Under the pieces are notes generated by a model. It saw only the letters and a program-made list of their open reading frames with translations, had not been told where the DNA came from and did no database searches. The translations under genes were made by a program, and so were the position numbers. Positions 12,813 through 26,871 of a stretch of DNA of 64,000 nt are shown here, one piece after another. Each line of letters opens with the position of its first letter. Within the stretch, counting starts at the first letter, position 1. Source of the stretch: Marsupella aquatica (taxonomy: Eukaryota > Plantae > Marchantiophyta); NCBI GenBank assembly GCA_973895155.1, contig OZ316892.1:11050420-11114419 (forward strand), written 5' to 3'.

Positions 12813-14216
12813 GATTTCTTTAGTGGTTCAATTCCACGCAAAGCACTCTATCACAGGGTTCTGCATAACCTGTTCCACAGGACAAGCCCGGAGACGAAGA
12901 ATATTGCAGAATGGCGGAATCCTACCCAGCCGACAAATTGCCGTGGAGATCGACTTTCACAGCCCCGTCACAAATTTATTTGGCCACTGTCGCGGCGATT
13001 TTGCGGCTTCTGTTCAAATGCAGAAGTCATGCATGGTAGTGTCCCGCACAGAGATCATGCCAGAAACACACAAGAAATTGCGTAGGATTGAGTGAGGTCG
13101 TCAGAGCGCATACGCATGGCTGGGAAGAAAAGTTGAAATGGTATCGAGTTACAAATTGTGTCGGCTCCGGACTACACAATGCCGACTGTGGTGGACTGGT
13201 TGCGTTTTACAGTCGTTCGAAAAACCCTAAACTCAAACCGACCCCACCTCGCCAGGAAGACTGATTAATCAAAGTGAGACATATCAACACAAACAACGAG
13301 CCAACTATGTACCCAACTAGCCAAAGCAAGCGGAGTTACGATACAAAATCGTCTAGTAACAGAAACCCTAACAGACAGACGAGTCACGCAAGAAAATGGT
13401 CACCGAATCACAGAGCCAGAAGAGAAAGGGCCGTTTCGTTCATATGCATCTCGAGGGAGGGTCGATTGCGCATGCAAGACAGCACTGACTTGACTTTTTG
13501 GCTTCTCTTATTACGCACAGAGGGAGGGAGGAGCAGCACCACCAACATACCGGTCGACGAGCAATGCAAAAGCGTGGAGCCACCAAACGCTCCGAGAGCC
13601 CCAACCTCCACGATTTCCTGAACCCAAACCCGAACCCAGAAACCTTCTCGGACCCAATTTCAAGCGATCAAAAGCTGCACCACTAGCCAGTTTCCGTCGT
13701 TGATTGTTCGGTGTCCATAGCTCGCTGGAAAGAAGATTTCATCAGCGTTCTAACAAGCCTATTTTCGCTTGATTCCGATCGATAAAAGAGAATGGTATAT
13801 GGTTGAGTCACGATGTGAGGCTCCGGGCTGTGCGGTGAGTGGAGAAACTGCGAGGACCCAACCCCCCTGTTCGTGCGGGCACTCTGCTGGCGGTAATTAC
13901 TGAGTCTTGGTTACTGTATGGCACTGCGCCCCGAACGTTTGTCCTATTCCAACAGCTGGATATAGTTTACCTAGGGTAACCAAGAGAATTACGCGCCCAG
14001 GAACTGCATCTTGCACACGATTCAGCACATTGTACCCTGTAAACTGAAGGTTTTACGAAGATTTTGGGGGGGTTTTAGAAAATTGTTGCGGTTTTTGGAT
14101 CGTCGGTGTGGTTTCCTCTCTTTTTGCACGCAGGCGTGCCTAGGGCGGTTGAGCGGGAGAAGGAATAGACTGGCAAAGCTGGACGACCTTGCACCGGGGG
14201 ATAGCAGCACTGGGGC

Positions 14217-17200
14217 TTGACCTGTGAACGTGAATCCAACGTTCCGGCACCGCAACTGAATGTTATAGCAAATCTTACATCAAGACATTCCATCTCGGTT
14301 TTCTTGCTACTGCTCGACGGAGACATCTCACTGCGCTCGCATTGGGAGTTCTCTGAAAGACGCTGCACTCGAACGACAACCACAACCACAATACACTCCA
14401 CCACAGGCCGACTCCAAAATTTGAATCATACAGCGACCATCTCACATTCAAATTGGATCACTCGTGCCCATGTCTTTGCCTTCCGCATACATTGCACCAC
14501 AGCGTCTCGGCATGACCATTGGACTTTCAAACAAGAAGGCCGGCTCTGCATCCGCCCGCTCGACAGCATCCACACGGAATGTAGAATCTTCAACTGTACC
14601 GGGTGGTCAACCACGCAAGGGAAAGGCACGCCTAGATTTAATCCCTACTGTGGACAACATGGTGGTCCACTGCATCCCCAAGGAGGTCCTACAATCTGGC
14701 AACCGGAGGATTTTTGGCAATAAGGTGGTGCTGTGCTTTGAATCTGAATTTGACTCGTGCCAGGTCAAAGACTGGATCGCAGCGTACAACCAAGAACAGG
14801 AGACGAAATTGTCCCTGCACGACGAACTTCCAAATGCCCTCTTCGTGGTTCAATTCGATGCCAGCAACGGTGATGCCATAAAGCTCCAACTTCTGAAGTC
14901 ATCTCCCCTCAAGGCTCTGGACCGCTACGCTGCAGTGAACGATTATACTCCTCACTTTGATCCTTGCACCCAGAAGAACTTCAAGCATCTTGTCACTGTG
15001 TGTACGTTAAGCTAGGGACCTGAAACCTATGAATACATTCGGTTTGTAACTGCACTGGTGGGAATCTTTGTTCGGGCAAAGCTGGCACCGGGTACGAGAA
15101 GCATCACGTCTCGGCGATTGTGGAATCAACTCTTAAGGTGTTCCCGGCACAAGGTAAATTTTGCCTTAGCAGCCCTGGAGTGACTACCATACATTTTGAC
15201 TACATAGGTCAGAACCTCCGTTGCTGTTATTGTTTTTCCTATCGTCATCTTGCATCCAGGTGCATGCAGCCCAGGCCACCTCTGCTTCAAAACCACGCAT
15301 TCTCCATCAGCACTCCTGGGGAGACAGCCCGTCAACCCACCAAGTCACCCCCAGTGGTGAAGAAACAACGTCTGGATCAAGCTGTTTTCCAACAATACTA
15401 CCAGGAGAAGGCTAGCAGGGCAAAAGCGGAAGCTGAGTACTGGCAGATGCAGGCGGAAGAGCAACAACAGAGGGAAATGGTGGAATTGCAGCATGTGGCA
15501 CAATTAGCTGCAGAATTGGATACGGACCAGGCCTCGCAAGGAGTTCTACAAGCAGCCCCATCCACACACAGAGTCACCCGCAAATCGCCCAACATCGACA
15601 GCAAGGATCAGGCATCGGAAGGTGAGCTAAGAGCAGCTCCGTCAACATTCAGACACATCCAAATCACGCAGCACCAACAACAACAACGGCAAGCGGAATC
15701 GGAAGAGGCAGGCGGCCCTCTCTGCAAGAAGGGACCCGACGATAACCCTTTCCACTGGGACGACAGTAGAGAAACAACAAACCAACAATAGCTACATTGA
15801 CCAGTCCCTCCCAAAGTCTGCAGAGGCTTGTCGGGCAGGGGTATCAACGTGCACTCCACCAGTACCCATTGGAATAATCAAATCCAGTACGCACTCTCAG
15901 AACCCTCGCAGGCCTCTGAAGAAGGTGTGGACAGAGAAACCACGGCAAGAAACACAATCTCCCTGTCCCAAAGTGACTGTGGCATCCCCTCTCTCACCTG
16001 GAGTGGAACTTGGATTTTGCTCTCCATCACCATCCCTGAACCTCCCAATTGCTAGGGAGAACGTGACTATAAGAAAGCGACCCAGACCAACAGCATCCTC
16101 AGATACAGAAACTGACCCGCCTGCAGCTGTCTCACCTGTGGACGCAGACAACCCTGTGAAGAAGAGAAGCCGATCAGAACCAATTTTCTCTCCAGAAGTC
16201 TCATCAGCTAGACGATCCAGTCCTGAACATGACCCAGATTACACTCATGACATACAACCTCAGGGGATTGGCCTCACGGAGCCGTCGCCTTCAAGCCCGA
16301 TCCAACCTGGAGGGGCTTCAAGTCAGGCCTGATATCCTTTGTATCCAGGAGCATAAACTCAGAGAAGGCCGTGTGCAGAAAATTCAACGAGAAGTATGGC
16401 CATCTGCACATTGGGTTTATGCCCCTGCCCGGGTTTATGCCCCTGCCCTGGATGGTGTGCACGCCATTCGGAATCAAGGAGTTGTGGCTGAATTGGGGGT
16501 GTCTAGCTGTAGGAGTGCATAATTCTCTGGCACACCTTATTACCGGTGAAGGGGTCTTGCCCAGCAAACAGGCTGTATGGGTTTGCATCAACCATGCCAC
16601 TCTATGGAGGATTGGAATCCTAGGTGTATATGGGCCAAACACACCCAGGGAGAGAAAGGATCTCTGGCAAGAACTCTTTAATTTGCTGGACCCCTCTTGC
16701 AAATGGATTTTCATGGGGGATTTCAACATGATTGAGGGTAGAAAAGACCAGAGGGGTGGAACCACCAGCATTGTAGCTGGAAGTGAATTGAGAGCCTGGC
16801 GTCACCTAAAGAGGAGATTCCATTTAGAAGATACTTTCCTCCAGTAACCGGGGCACTTGAAATTCAGCTAGGACAATAAGAGGAGGCACCATCACAACCC
16901 TCGGACTCAGGTTGGCCCAAGGGGGGATTGGATTATCAAAAGAGTTGATAGGATATACTATGCACAAGGAGCTGAACTGTAAATTCTCCATTATGTCCAC
17001 TATCCTGCCAGGGATCTGTGTGTCTGACCATGCCCCTATTTGTACAACAATTCGCTCACTTTCACAAACGTGTCTCTCAACACAGGATGAATACTACGCA
17101 TCAATTACAGACTGCGTATCAAGATAGAATTGCACAAATGTGGGCAGAGGAGACATTGGCCTATGAGCAAGAGGAGCGAACACCCGATGCCACACTACTC

Positions 17201-20200
17201 ATTGTCTTAAGGTTGCTAGGAAGGTGGAAAGGTGTTGGGGCAAGCGGAGGGCTGCAGAGCAACATCTACGGGAGTCGATTCTACAAGGGGAACTTGGCAC
17301 AAGCACAATTGCGTCTTGAGTTGGACCCACAAGATCTCTATGCACAGGCCCCTGTTAAGGAGGTTGGGGGGTTAATCCATGAATTTGATGGTGAGCGTGC
17401 CCGTGGATGGACTTTATTTTGCAATCGAGATGGATTGAGGATGGTCATAAATGTTCCAAACTTTTTTCAAATCTTTCAAGGAATGGCGATGAGCAACGAA
17501 ATCTCCTGCCTTTTCTATAAGGATGGGCAACTGGTGTCTGAATGGAGCAAGATGGCAGAGATTGTCACTGATTTCTTAAGGATCTTTTGGGAAAATCAGA
17601 GGACATCCACCCTCATCAACTTGCTTAGGTGATTGCTATGCAGACTGACAAGATTACAGATGTTGACCGTGCTGCCTTGAACTTGCCCTTGACTCTTGGG
17701 GAATTGGAGAAAGCTACCAGAGCTCTTGCCTCTAACAAATGTCCAGGCTCCGATGGGGTCCCTGTGGAATTCTTTGTGGCCAATTGGAAGACAGTTGGGC
17801 CGTCTCTCCTCAAGGCCATTACACATGGTCTGAGATAGGAAACTTTCGGTCCTAAATTCACTAGAGGGTTTATTGTCTTGGTGTGCAAGAAGAATGACCA
17901 AAGTCTGCTCTCCAACAAGAGACCTATCACTCTCCTAAATGTGTTGTACAAAATTGAGGCCATTTTCGCTTAGGCTCATTCCTATTCTCCAACGCTTCAT
18001 CTCACCTCAACAATTTGCCTTTCTATCGGGACGCAACATCCATCACTCCCTACTCTTACTCAGCGAGCTACTTCATCATGCTGAATCATCCAAATTACAC
18101 TACATTCTTATGAAGCTGGATGTGGCCAAGTTAAGGCTTTCGATAAGTTGGAGTGACATTTCCTACTTACTCTGATGGAGAAGGTTGGCTTTGACAGGCT
18201 CCTTATGCAATTTCTGAGGGCAAGCTTTGGGTCAACCACATCTGCAGTGTTGCTAAATGGTATAATGGCCCCATCGTTCTTGTTGGAGCGGGTGTTGGAG
18301 CGCTCTGTATGACAGGGTTGCCCTCTCTTACCACTTGTCTTCATTATTGCAATTGATGCCTTGAGTAAAATTATACAACGGGTTGTGGATCATGGTGCCA
18401 TTGTAGGAGTCAACATCGGGGTCAACATCCCATCCATTGGTGTGCACAATGTGCATAGTTTGTTTGCTGATGATGTATCATTGTTGAATAGAGCAGAAAT
18501 GGACATTGTTGAGTCCTGCCGCAATCACTTGGACCTTTTTGTAATGGCATGTGGGCTTTTTTGTATCTAGGAACAAATGAAAGTTGCTTACATCCCCCCC
18601 AAGGCGTATCCCAATCCAGTTCCATCATCTACCATGGAGATGGGAAGATGACTCTGATGCCTCCAAACTGCTAGGCATTCCCATTGCACAACACATTTTT
18701 GAACAACAATTGATTAAAACGGTGTCCGATCGTTTGGAAGCTAGGTTGGGTAGGATACGTAAGAGATCTGGATCTCTCATTGCTAGAGTCATAGTGGCCC
18801 ACTACCTCATTATGAGCACCATCTGGTATTTCCTCATTGTATGGGCCGACAACTGAAAGACATTGGATGAATTGTAGAGTAAAATCACTACCTTTGTCTG
18901 GGCAGGTCAGAATGAGAAGGCTCGGTCTAGGGTAGACTTAGCCACAATCACCAGACCTAGGAGCCACGGAGGGCTTGGCCTTATCTCTATTCAAGCTCAA
19001 TTTAGGGCCTTGGCAGGAAGTTTTTATCGTTTGGACCTTGGCAGAGGCTGATCACCCACTCAGGAGGATATTGCAGTTGTTGTACTTGCAATAACTCTCT
19101 GAAAAGAAATGGGGGGGGGGTGGCTGACTTCACATGGGTGTTTACATCATGCTTCATTTTACCGTCTGGTGGTTCTAAGGTTTGGACCAACATCTGCACT
19201 GGGTGGAATGTCATCAAGAAGCAGCTACGCCCCTCTCCACCAAGTCACTTGGAAGGCTCGCGGAATTTGCTACTTTGGAGGCCACACCTCAACCACATAC
19301 GAAGCAACCAAGCCAAGTGCTTGTCTAATCCACAATGCAGAATCTATCGTGCTGGTTATGTGACTACGAGCCCTATGCTCGTGCTTTGCACTGTGCAAGG
19401 ACGGTAGGCCCATAGGGATTGCCCGGGGGCATTACGGGGCAGCGGGAAGCAAATACGTGATAGGGGTGTACATTCCTCTCATCAATGGTGAGAAAAAACA
19501 GCTAATTAGATCCAACGGTTGTGGATCTTTCCCGCCCAGAAGCTTTTTTGTATGGGGACGAAGGACGAAAAAAGACGGGATCCCTTATTATAGTTGGAGA
19601 TGAAGAATATCCTTTCATCTGACGGGCAACTCCTGTCTTGGGAGGATGGACCTGGCCTTCTCTTACCTAGGAACTATGCCATTGTCTACCGGAACCTGTT
19701 GGCCAATCTAAGGACTATACCTGAGCTGGACTATGATACAGAGTTGGAGGAGCCATTGTTCATGGAAGTTGTCTTCCCAATCAATCTCACCTGATTTGGG
19801 AATTCAAGGTACCACGCAAACACATCACCTCACAATGGCTACGATTCCATGGCCACTCCAATCCGGTTAATTGGTTCAGTGTGACCAATGGTTTTCTGTA
19901 CCCCATTGATGTCCATGACCCTAAACTCCATAGCCATAGTCAATCAATGTATTGGTAATCCTATTGGGGACCTGGCCATTATCACTCAATATAATTGGAG
20001 TGATGGAAGATCTTTCCTGGACACCAACATTGCACATCTATGCCAAATCCAGGGGCAAGCTAGGACTGCTACTCACATGGCCATATCCAAATGGGCCAGA
20101 ATTCTTAATTGGTGCCCTGATCTTTAAGTACTATGGAGCAATATTTGGCTTTGAGGGCGGCAGCTGAAAATTGCTACCTTTGGCAATTGATTTACAGAAT

Positions 20201-20730
20201 CCCAACCACACAACATTGGAGAAACTCTCAACTACCTGTGTACGACGAATCATCTTGGTGTACTCAGTGCAATCTGCAACAACAAGAGGACATCTTACAC
20301 TGCATTTGGAGCTGCACGGTCTCTCAGTTGGTTTGGAATTGGGTCCAGTACACCCTCTGTCTGGCATCACCAACACGTCCTACAACTCTACGCCTGCAAC
20401 CAACTCACATCTTTGTGGCTAAACCCCTACCTGAGGAGTGGGATGTCCCTAGGAAGCTATGGCATACCCTGCAAGCAATTGTTTGCTGGAATATCTGGAA
20501 GGACCGTAACTCTCACTTCATTGAGCAAACTAGGTCCAATCCTCATACTGTTATTCAGAAATCCTGGCACCGAGTAGGAGTTTATCTTAGAAAGGATTGG
20601 GCCAAACATCGCGCTAAGATCCAAAGGCCTACCTAAATATGTGTTTTGATTAGGGTATGTGCTTATTCAGGTCTTTGGACAGTTCATGTGGACAGATTGC
20701 AAGTACCACCAGTCCCACCTCATCCGCCAT
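14217..20730 (+). mobile_element. Degenerate L1-clade LINE (ORF1 with zinc knuckle; ORF2 endonuclease-RT-zf-RVT), boundaries approximate
   Basis: ORF1 CCYCFSYRHLASRC (CX2CX4HX4C) at ~15220. APE motifs TYNLRGL, LCIQEHK, GDFN, SDH at 16229-17030. RT motifs KCPGSDGVPVEFF, RPITLLN, QGCPL, LFADD at 17740-18480. WCTQC..EDILHCIWSC at ~20260. Many stops and frameshifts. Confidence 0.9.
19364..19594 (-). mobile_element. 231-bp non-autonomous Helitron-like insertion nested in LINE ORF2
   Basis: Minus strand starts ACTATAATAAGGG and ends GTGC-AAA-GCAC hairpin...CTCGTAG; sits between A and T with no TSD. Removing it restores the LINE frame (RAGYV-MEMKNIL). Confidence 0.7.
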
Positions 20731-23134
20731 GAACTCAACTTGTCCCAGAGGATCAGATGCCTCATTGCAGCCCTGACCAATAGTAATGTTGCTCTATCAC
20801 GAAACCACTGAATGGTACCTTGCCGGTACCTGAGCATTGGCCAGTCATGTGGAGTGTGCTTCTCCTGCCGCTATAGTAGTTAAATTTCACCTAGTAGCTG
20901 ATTAGTAACCAAACAAAAATGAAAGGTTTGAGATTAGTAACCAAACAAAAATGCAAGGTTTGTGTTCACTGACTCCTAGCTCCCAAGGTGATTGGGTGGT
21001 CCAGCAGTTACCTTTTGGGTGGTTTTGGTTTGTGAGGTCTTGCTTGTTTTTGGCAGGGTTTTTGGTGTTTTAATCTTGGCTTAAATTGCCATAATTGCCC
21101 ATTGAACAAACTTGATGTTGGTCACCTTTAATAATCTAGTTCACACAGACTACAATATGCATGTTGAGCAAAGACCCAATTAACTCATAACAGCATGCAC
21201 ATGCCCATCCAACATACAACTAGTCAACAAAAAAATTATGTGGTACATTTACCATGAGGTTACGTCCACAAGAACACACAAGAGCTTTATCACACACACT
21301 CTAAGTAGGCTTGCTGGCTATATAAAGTCTCAAAGAGGCATGGCTATGTGGTAGCTCACTCGAATTAAGACTCATAGGTGTAGAGTTCAAATGTTATGGT
21401 TGACTTTTCCCTTTTTGTGGGGTTTCACAAATTTCTCCTTAAAAATATTTTTATAAAAAAACTTTCCATAGCACAAGCTTTCCTTATCTCTCGAGTGTTT
21501 CATAACAATGAACCTGACTTCCTTCTCACAAGCGAGCACTTGCTTGTGTATGTAGCATGCAGCACAACTAACCAAACCAAGTCTACGGCTGTGGTTAACT
21601 TAACCAAGGCTACAATCGTAACTCTAGATCTAAGAAATCCCACTTGCCGGATTTCAAGAAGTGCCTGAGTGACCTGTGGGCAGGCAGGCTGGGTGTGGAA
21701 AAAAATGGTAGTGCATCTAATGGCCCGTCTAATGGTTCGGAAAAAATGTCACCATAATCAAACTACCAAGGAAGCTTCACGCTAAAATGAATTCAGTAAG
21801 AGACCATGAAAAAACATTGTTAGGCTGACTGGCCAATTCGATCCCCGCATTGTTGGATTGTCTGGCCATCTCATTTATGCTTGACAACACCTTCCCCTTA
21901 ACATCACTTCTTATTGGCATCATTAGAGATCCCCACAGTTCATACACTCCTTGAAATCCAGTTGTGGATGCATGTTTGGCATGGTACTGGATTTGTAAAA
22001 CAGTGAGAATTTATAAATTGTGTCCAAATGCATGCCTGGCAATCTCATTTGTGCTTGGCAACACTTCTGTTCAATATCACCTACTATTGACAACACTCTA
22101 TATCTTCACAACTCACACACTCTTTGAAATCCAGACACAAATTCTCCACATGTCTGATTGCCTGGCCACCTAGTTTAAGCTCAACAACACTTGGGCTCAA
22201 CATCAATTAGTTTTGGACAATAATATGGTGGTTAACAATAGTTAAAACAGTTTTGAACTATACTGCCACTACAGTAAGTTGCTTGGAATTGCAATATTGT
22301 CACTAATTTTTAGTATTTAGAATGCTGCCACTGGTTTTTGTTGTATTTAGGATACTGCCAAGGTTTTCCTAAGTATGTGGTTACCTAGGTGTACTGGTTT
22401 TCCATGTAACCTTTTTTATGGTATTGGATTTGTAAAACAGTGGGATCTCGTCTTTCTTACCCCAAAAGTCAAGTTCATACCCCAAAATTTTGCACATGGG
22501 TGTCGTAATTTGGGCCTTTCGTTATTCCCCACGAAAGGATGAGATATCTTTGGCCGGGCCCTCGAGGTGCAATACTCTACTGTAGATTGTCAATTCCACT
22601 GGATTGCGTCCAGAAAAGACAGAGCAGTCTACCCAATGACCAGTCGATGGGACAAATTCTACGTTCAGCTCGCTCGACCATTCGAATGTTTGAACTGATT
22701 TATATCCGGAGTTTAGCAATCTCATCGCACTCCTCCATCCCTGCGGCAAATTGGAACCAGGTTCTCCTACAGGACAGCCCTGCTGCGTCTCCCATTCCTG
22801 AGTTAAGAACAACAAGAAGGAAAGAAATCTCAACAATTGCCGTTCTAATCCTGGCTTTGGGATAGGCAGCTATGGCCGGTTGCCTCCGGTGGTTGCTTCA
22901 CTAGCTATGCCATGAAACGAACAAGCTGTCCGTCTGTGTGGATGTACACTATTATGATGCACTACAGCACCTCAACGTAGATTGCAGTGTGGAACTAGTG
23001 AGCGAGGATTGGATGACGAGTCCGGCCTGCCTGCTTTAGAAGCGTTGGGTCCCGATCAGTGTACTACTACTGCCCCCATTGCTGCGGGAGGAGCAGGAGG
23101 AGAAGGAGGAATTTTAGGGTCAAGGCCAGAAAAC

Positions 23135-26100
23135 ATGGCTGCATCTGCATTTAGTACAGCTGGAACGCCCACTGTCCAAACGGGTTCTGTTGTGGCCAAT
23201 GCCAATCAGGTGGGGCAGGATCTGAAGTCAGGTTGGGCCCTGGGTACTGGCTTTCCTCGAATTGTCGCAGCCGGGGGGCTTACACAGTCGACTGCAAAGA
23301 GAGCCGCCGCATCAACGAGAAGAACAACGTACTTGGCAAGGGCTGCTGCTCAAGTGCAAGGAGGAGAGACTAGTAACCGTCCCACAGCAGGTGTGGACGT
23401 CTACAAGCCTGCTTCTTACGACGTTCTTGTGTCTGGTACGTTCGGAATTCTTCCTCTCTTCACTATCAGTGTCTCGAAAGTCCCTGAGTACAAATCATTA
23501 GAATAGAGGATTCGCCATTCAACCTTCACCAATGTCCATGTTCAGAGAATTTCAGAGAATTTCGGGAATGATAGATTCACAGATACTAGGTAGAAGAAGT
23601 TTCCGAAGGTTAGTTTATAGGGATTGATTTAATTACTAAATTTGTGGTGACCCTTCGTTAATGGAGATGTGTCAGGCTGGTATGCAGTTTTCTGAGATGT
23701 CAGATTAGTGTCCTTGGAGAATTTGGAGTAAGTTTACTTTTTGCTTCTGCAGATGCAGCTAATGCAGTAATGTATGCTCTTGACGATGGAAAACAACGCC
23801 TCGAGGTTGACTTTCCGTAAGTACTGGATTGCATGGGCTTATCACCATAGTCGTAGAATTTTATAGACTGAGTTGGCAGCTATGCTCAGCAAAGACGTTC
23901 GTGTAGACCACACTTAATTCAGGATCATATACTGAACTCCTTGCTCTCTTCTTTTGGGTACGATGTGACTGTTGGAATGGAGCACCATCTCAGACCCTTG
24001 CCGAGCAGCATATCCGGGTACAAGGTGGGATGACTTCCTGGCTAGGTGTAGCTTACTTAGGTTGTACTTTGATTCAGGTGCTACTATGTTCATTTTGCTT
24101 TTAAGGCCCTAGGGAGAAATTTAAAAAATATGTCTTATTCTTCATTCCATTGGGCTCAGACGCCAGAAGAATTTATCAGTTCTCAGGTAAACATAATGAG
24201 CATTGCTAGGACTTTGCGTAGGCACGTGGCTGACTATTTCTGTTGGCAGGGATCCTCAGATGAATTTATTGATGCCAACATCCAGCTCTCCTTCGCACTG
24301 GCTCGTAAACTAAACGAGCTGAAGGGATGGTCAACCAGGATTGTAAGCCTTGCTAAACTACACGGTCTGGTAATCTGGGTGTGGGGATATCGCTGGGATT
24401 TTTCGGGATGCTTGCCAGGGCCCAGGCTAATATGCTGGTCGTCGAGCTTCTGCGTAAACTTATGTGTCTTTAAATGCCAAGGGATGCAGTCTCAGTCAAT
24501 TTTAAGCCAATTCTGGAAAGTTTGCCACATTCCGAATGACACAATCTTATATGGACGACTTATTTACTGTGAGACATCTGAACCATTGATCTCATGTACA
24601 GGTCTTCCCTGATGGACCAGAACGACGAAGGGCTTTACGAGTATTCAAATCTGCTCTTGAACTTGTAAGATTTACCTGCTATGTTGGCAGCACGGATTGT
24701 CAAACTTACAATGTAGACCTTGCCCCTGTTGTCAGGTACTGTTGTATTGTTTTGATTGGTTCTGCTCGATTTTTGCCTTAGTCTACCATCATAGTTGGCT
24801 AGCGCGAAGACACTCTTTGCTGGAATTCAATATTAAGTCTTTTGCCTTGCATAGACAAACTGCGTAAGCTTCGGTAGCTTGGAGGATTTACCTGCTGAAA
24901 TACGGGGAGCAGCAAGGGATCTTCTTGGCCTGATTAAGGGTTTTTTCGACTTTGATTTTGAAGAAGATACTACAGGTGGATTCAGTTTTCAGTTTCATTT
25001 AAACAAGGGCCTTGTTCCTTCTATGTATTTCTGAGTTGAGACCGTAGAGTGGTTGCAAATAAATAGCTCAGTGAAATAGGTACGAAATGTCCATTGAGTC
25101 GCTGATGTAACGAGTCATGCCGCTACTCTATAGGAACTGAATGCTGGAACCGTTGAGAAATGCTTACAGTTCTTTGTTGACTCCCGAAACAGAAAGTTCC
25201 TAGATGCAGCTCTCAGTGTCATTACTGTGCTTTTCTGTACAGAAAAGGACACTTCAGTACCTGATGTTTATGTCGTCATTGGCGCCACTACAAATGAGTT
25301 GCCTGGCGTGAAAGAATATGCTGTAAGCTATTGGTACCCTCACCCTGCTGGCAATGTGATTTAGTGCCATTCACTCAGGAATTACGCTAATCCCCTCTAA
25401 CGCAAACACGAAATCTTATCCAGTCGCTAACACGTGAAACTATTGGAGATGAGAAACAGGACTATTTTGCGAAGGACAGGCCAGTGATCTTGTTCAACTT
25501 GGAGACCGACACACTTCGGTAGGCAATGATTGTTGCATGTCACTTCTTTACTTTACCTGTATGATCAGATTATGGTCGGGGAACACTTTGTGCCTTATGG
25601 AGTCGTGTAATGGGGTCCCCTCAGGACTAAATTGAAAGGACTTAGTCTCTTTTAAATCTGCAAAAGCCGCATGATCTGCATGTGTGGCTGGGAAGATGTT
25701 GTTTCAGTTTACGATACTGAAATCTAAGCTATTTTGGGATGAACTGCAGGTCAGATCTTGGACTGTTCGGATTTCCTTCAAAAGATGTGCACTACAAGTT
25801 CCTTTCCCAGTTTCAACCTGTGTTCTATATAAGAACTAGAGACTACTCCAAGGTGATCATGAAAGGTTCTAAACAGCATTGTTTCTGTCGGTTGTTTACA
25901 GATCATGTCTTTCTGGCGCACTGCTCCTTTAGTGACAGACAATCTACACACATGTCTTACCAGGATCACCTAGGCATCATGCTTCTAGTTCTACATGTCT
26001 GTTTATGCTCTACTAGGCCCAAGTTTTGCCATGTGTGAAGCTTTTTTTAGGTACCGAGTGCTGCTTTCATCTAAATACTTGACGTTTGCTAATTCTGCAG

Positions 26101-26871
26101 AGCGTTCCAGTAGCTCCTTATATCTTGAATTACAGTGGAGCTCTCTTTCGCCAGTATCCAGGTTTGTCGTTATACTATTGACGAACAGTTGAACAGGTCA
26201 CCATCTTAATTTCAGCGGAGATTGTATAGGGAGAACATTACTGGGAGGCTTTGTGAGATCAGTGAACTACGACTTGAAAGGGTCTACGAACACTCGATCC
26301 AGTTTGTTCATTGATTGAGCTAAGGACTCGGATTGTATTAGAACTCAGGTGCAGGACCACTGGATCAAGTTTTCTAAGACCTCTTCAAGTATTTAGTTCT
26401 TATATCACCACAAAGTTGCACTTGACAGGTCCATGGCAAGTTATGCTGAAGCAAACAGATGGATCTTATGTCTGTGTGGCTGAAAACACACAGCGTTACA
26501 CATTGTTTCAGGTATGGATATCTTTACGTGTGACCGGCTCGACGTCCTTTTCACAAGAAAGTTGAGACTCTCCATTACAATCTTCCACATGATGAATCTC
26601 TTCCGGTGTGGTTGCAGACTAAAGAGGAGCTGCTGACATCTCTAGGTCTGCAAGAGGAGGAGGGTTCCACCATGGCATTCCTCAGAAGTGGTTACAAGGT
26701 CAGTATGAAATCAAGTCAAACGGCAAGCTTGACCTAGCAGTCGTATGTTTGTGTACGCAATGACCATTTTGTAACCGTTCAGAAGTCTCACAGTGGTTAC
26801 CTCTTGCCCAGACATCGACTTGGTGGGAGGATGATCTTGAAATGGAGGAGTCACAAGCTTGGAGAACCTGA
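23135..26871 (+). CDS. LPA3: LOW PSII ACCUMULATION 3 (DUF1995 chloroplast protein), about 13 exons, apparently intact
   Basis: Transit-peptide-like N-terminus, then [126 protein letters not shown] introns in phase. Confidence 0.92.
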
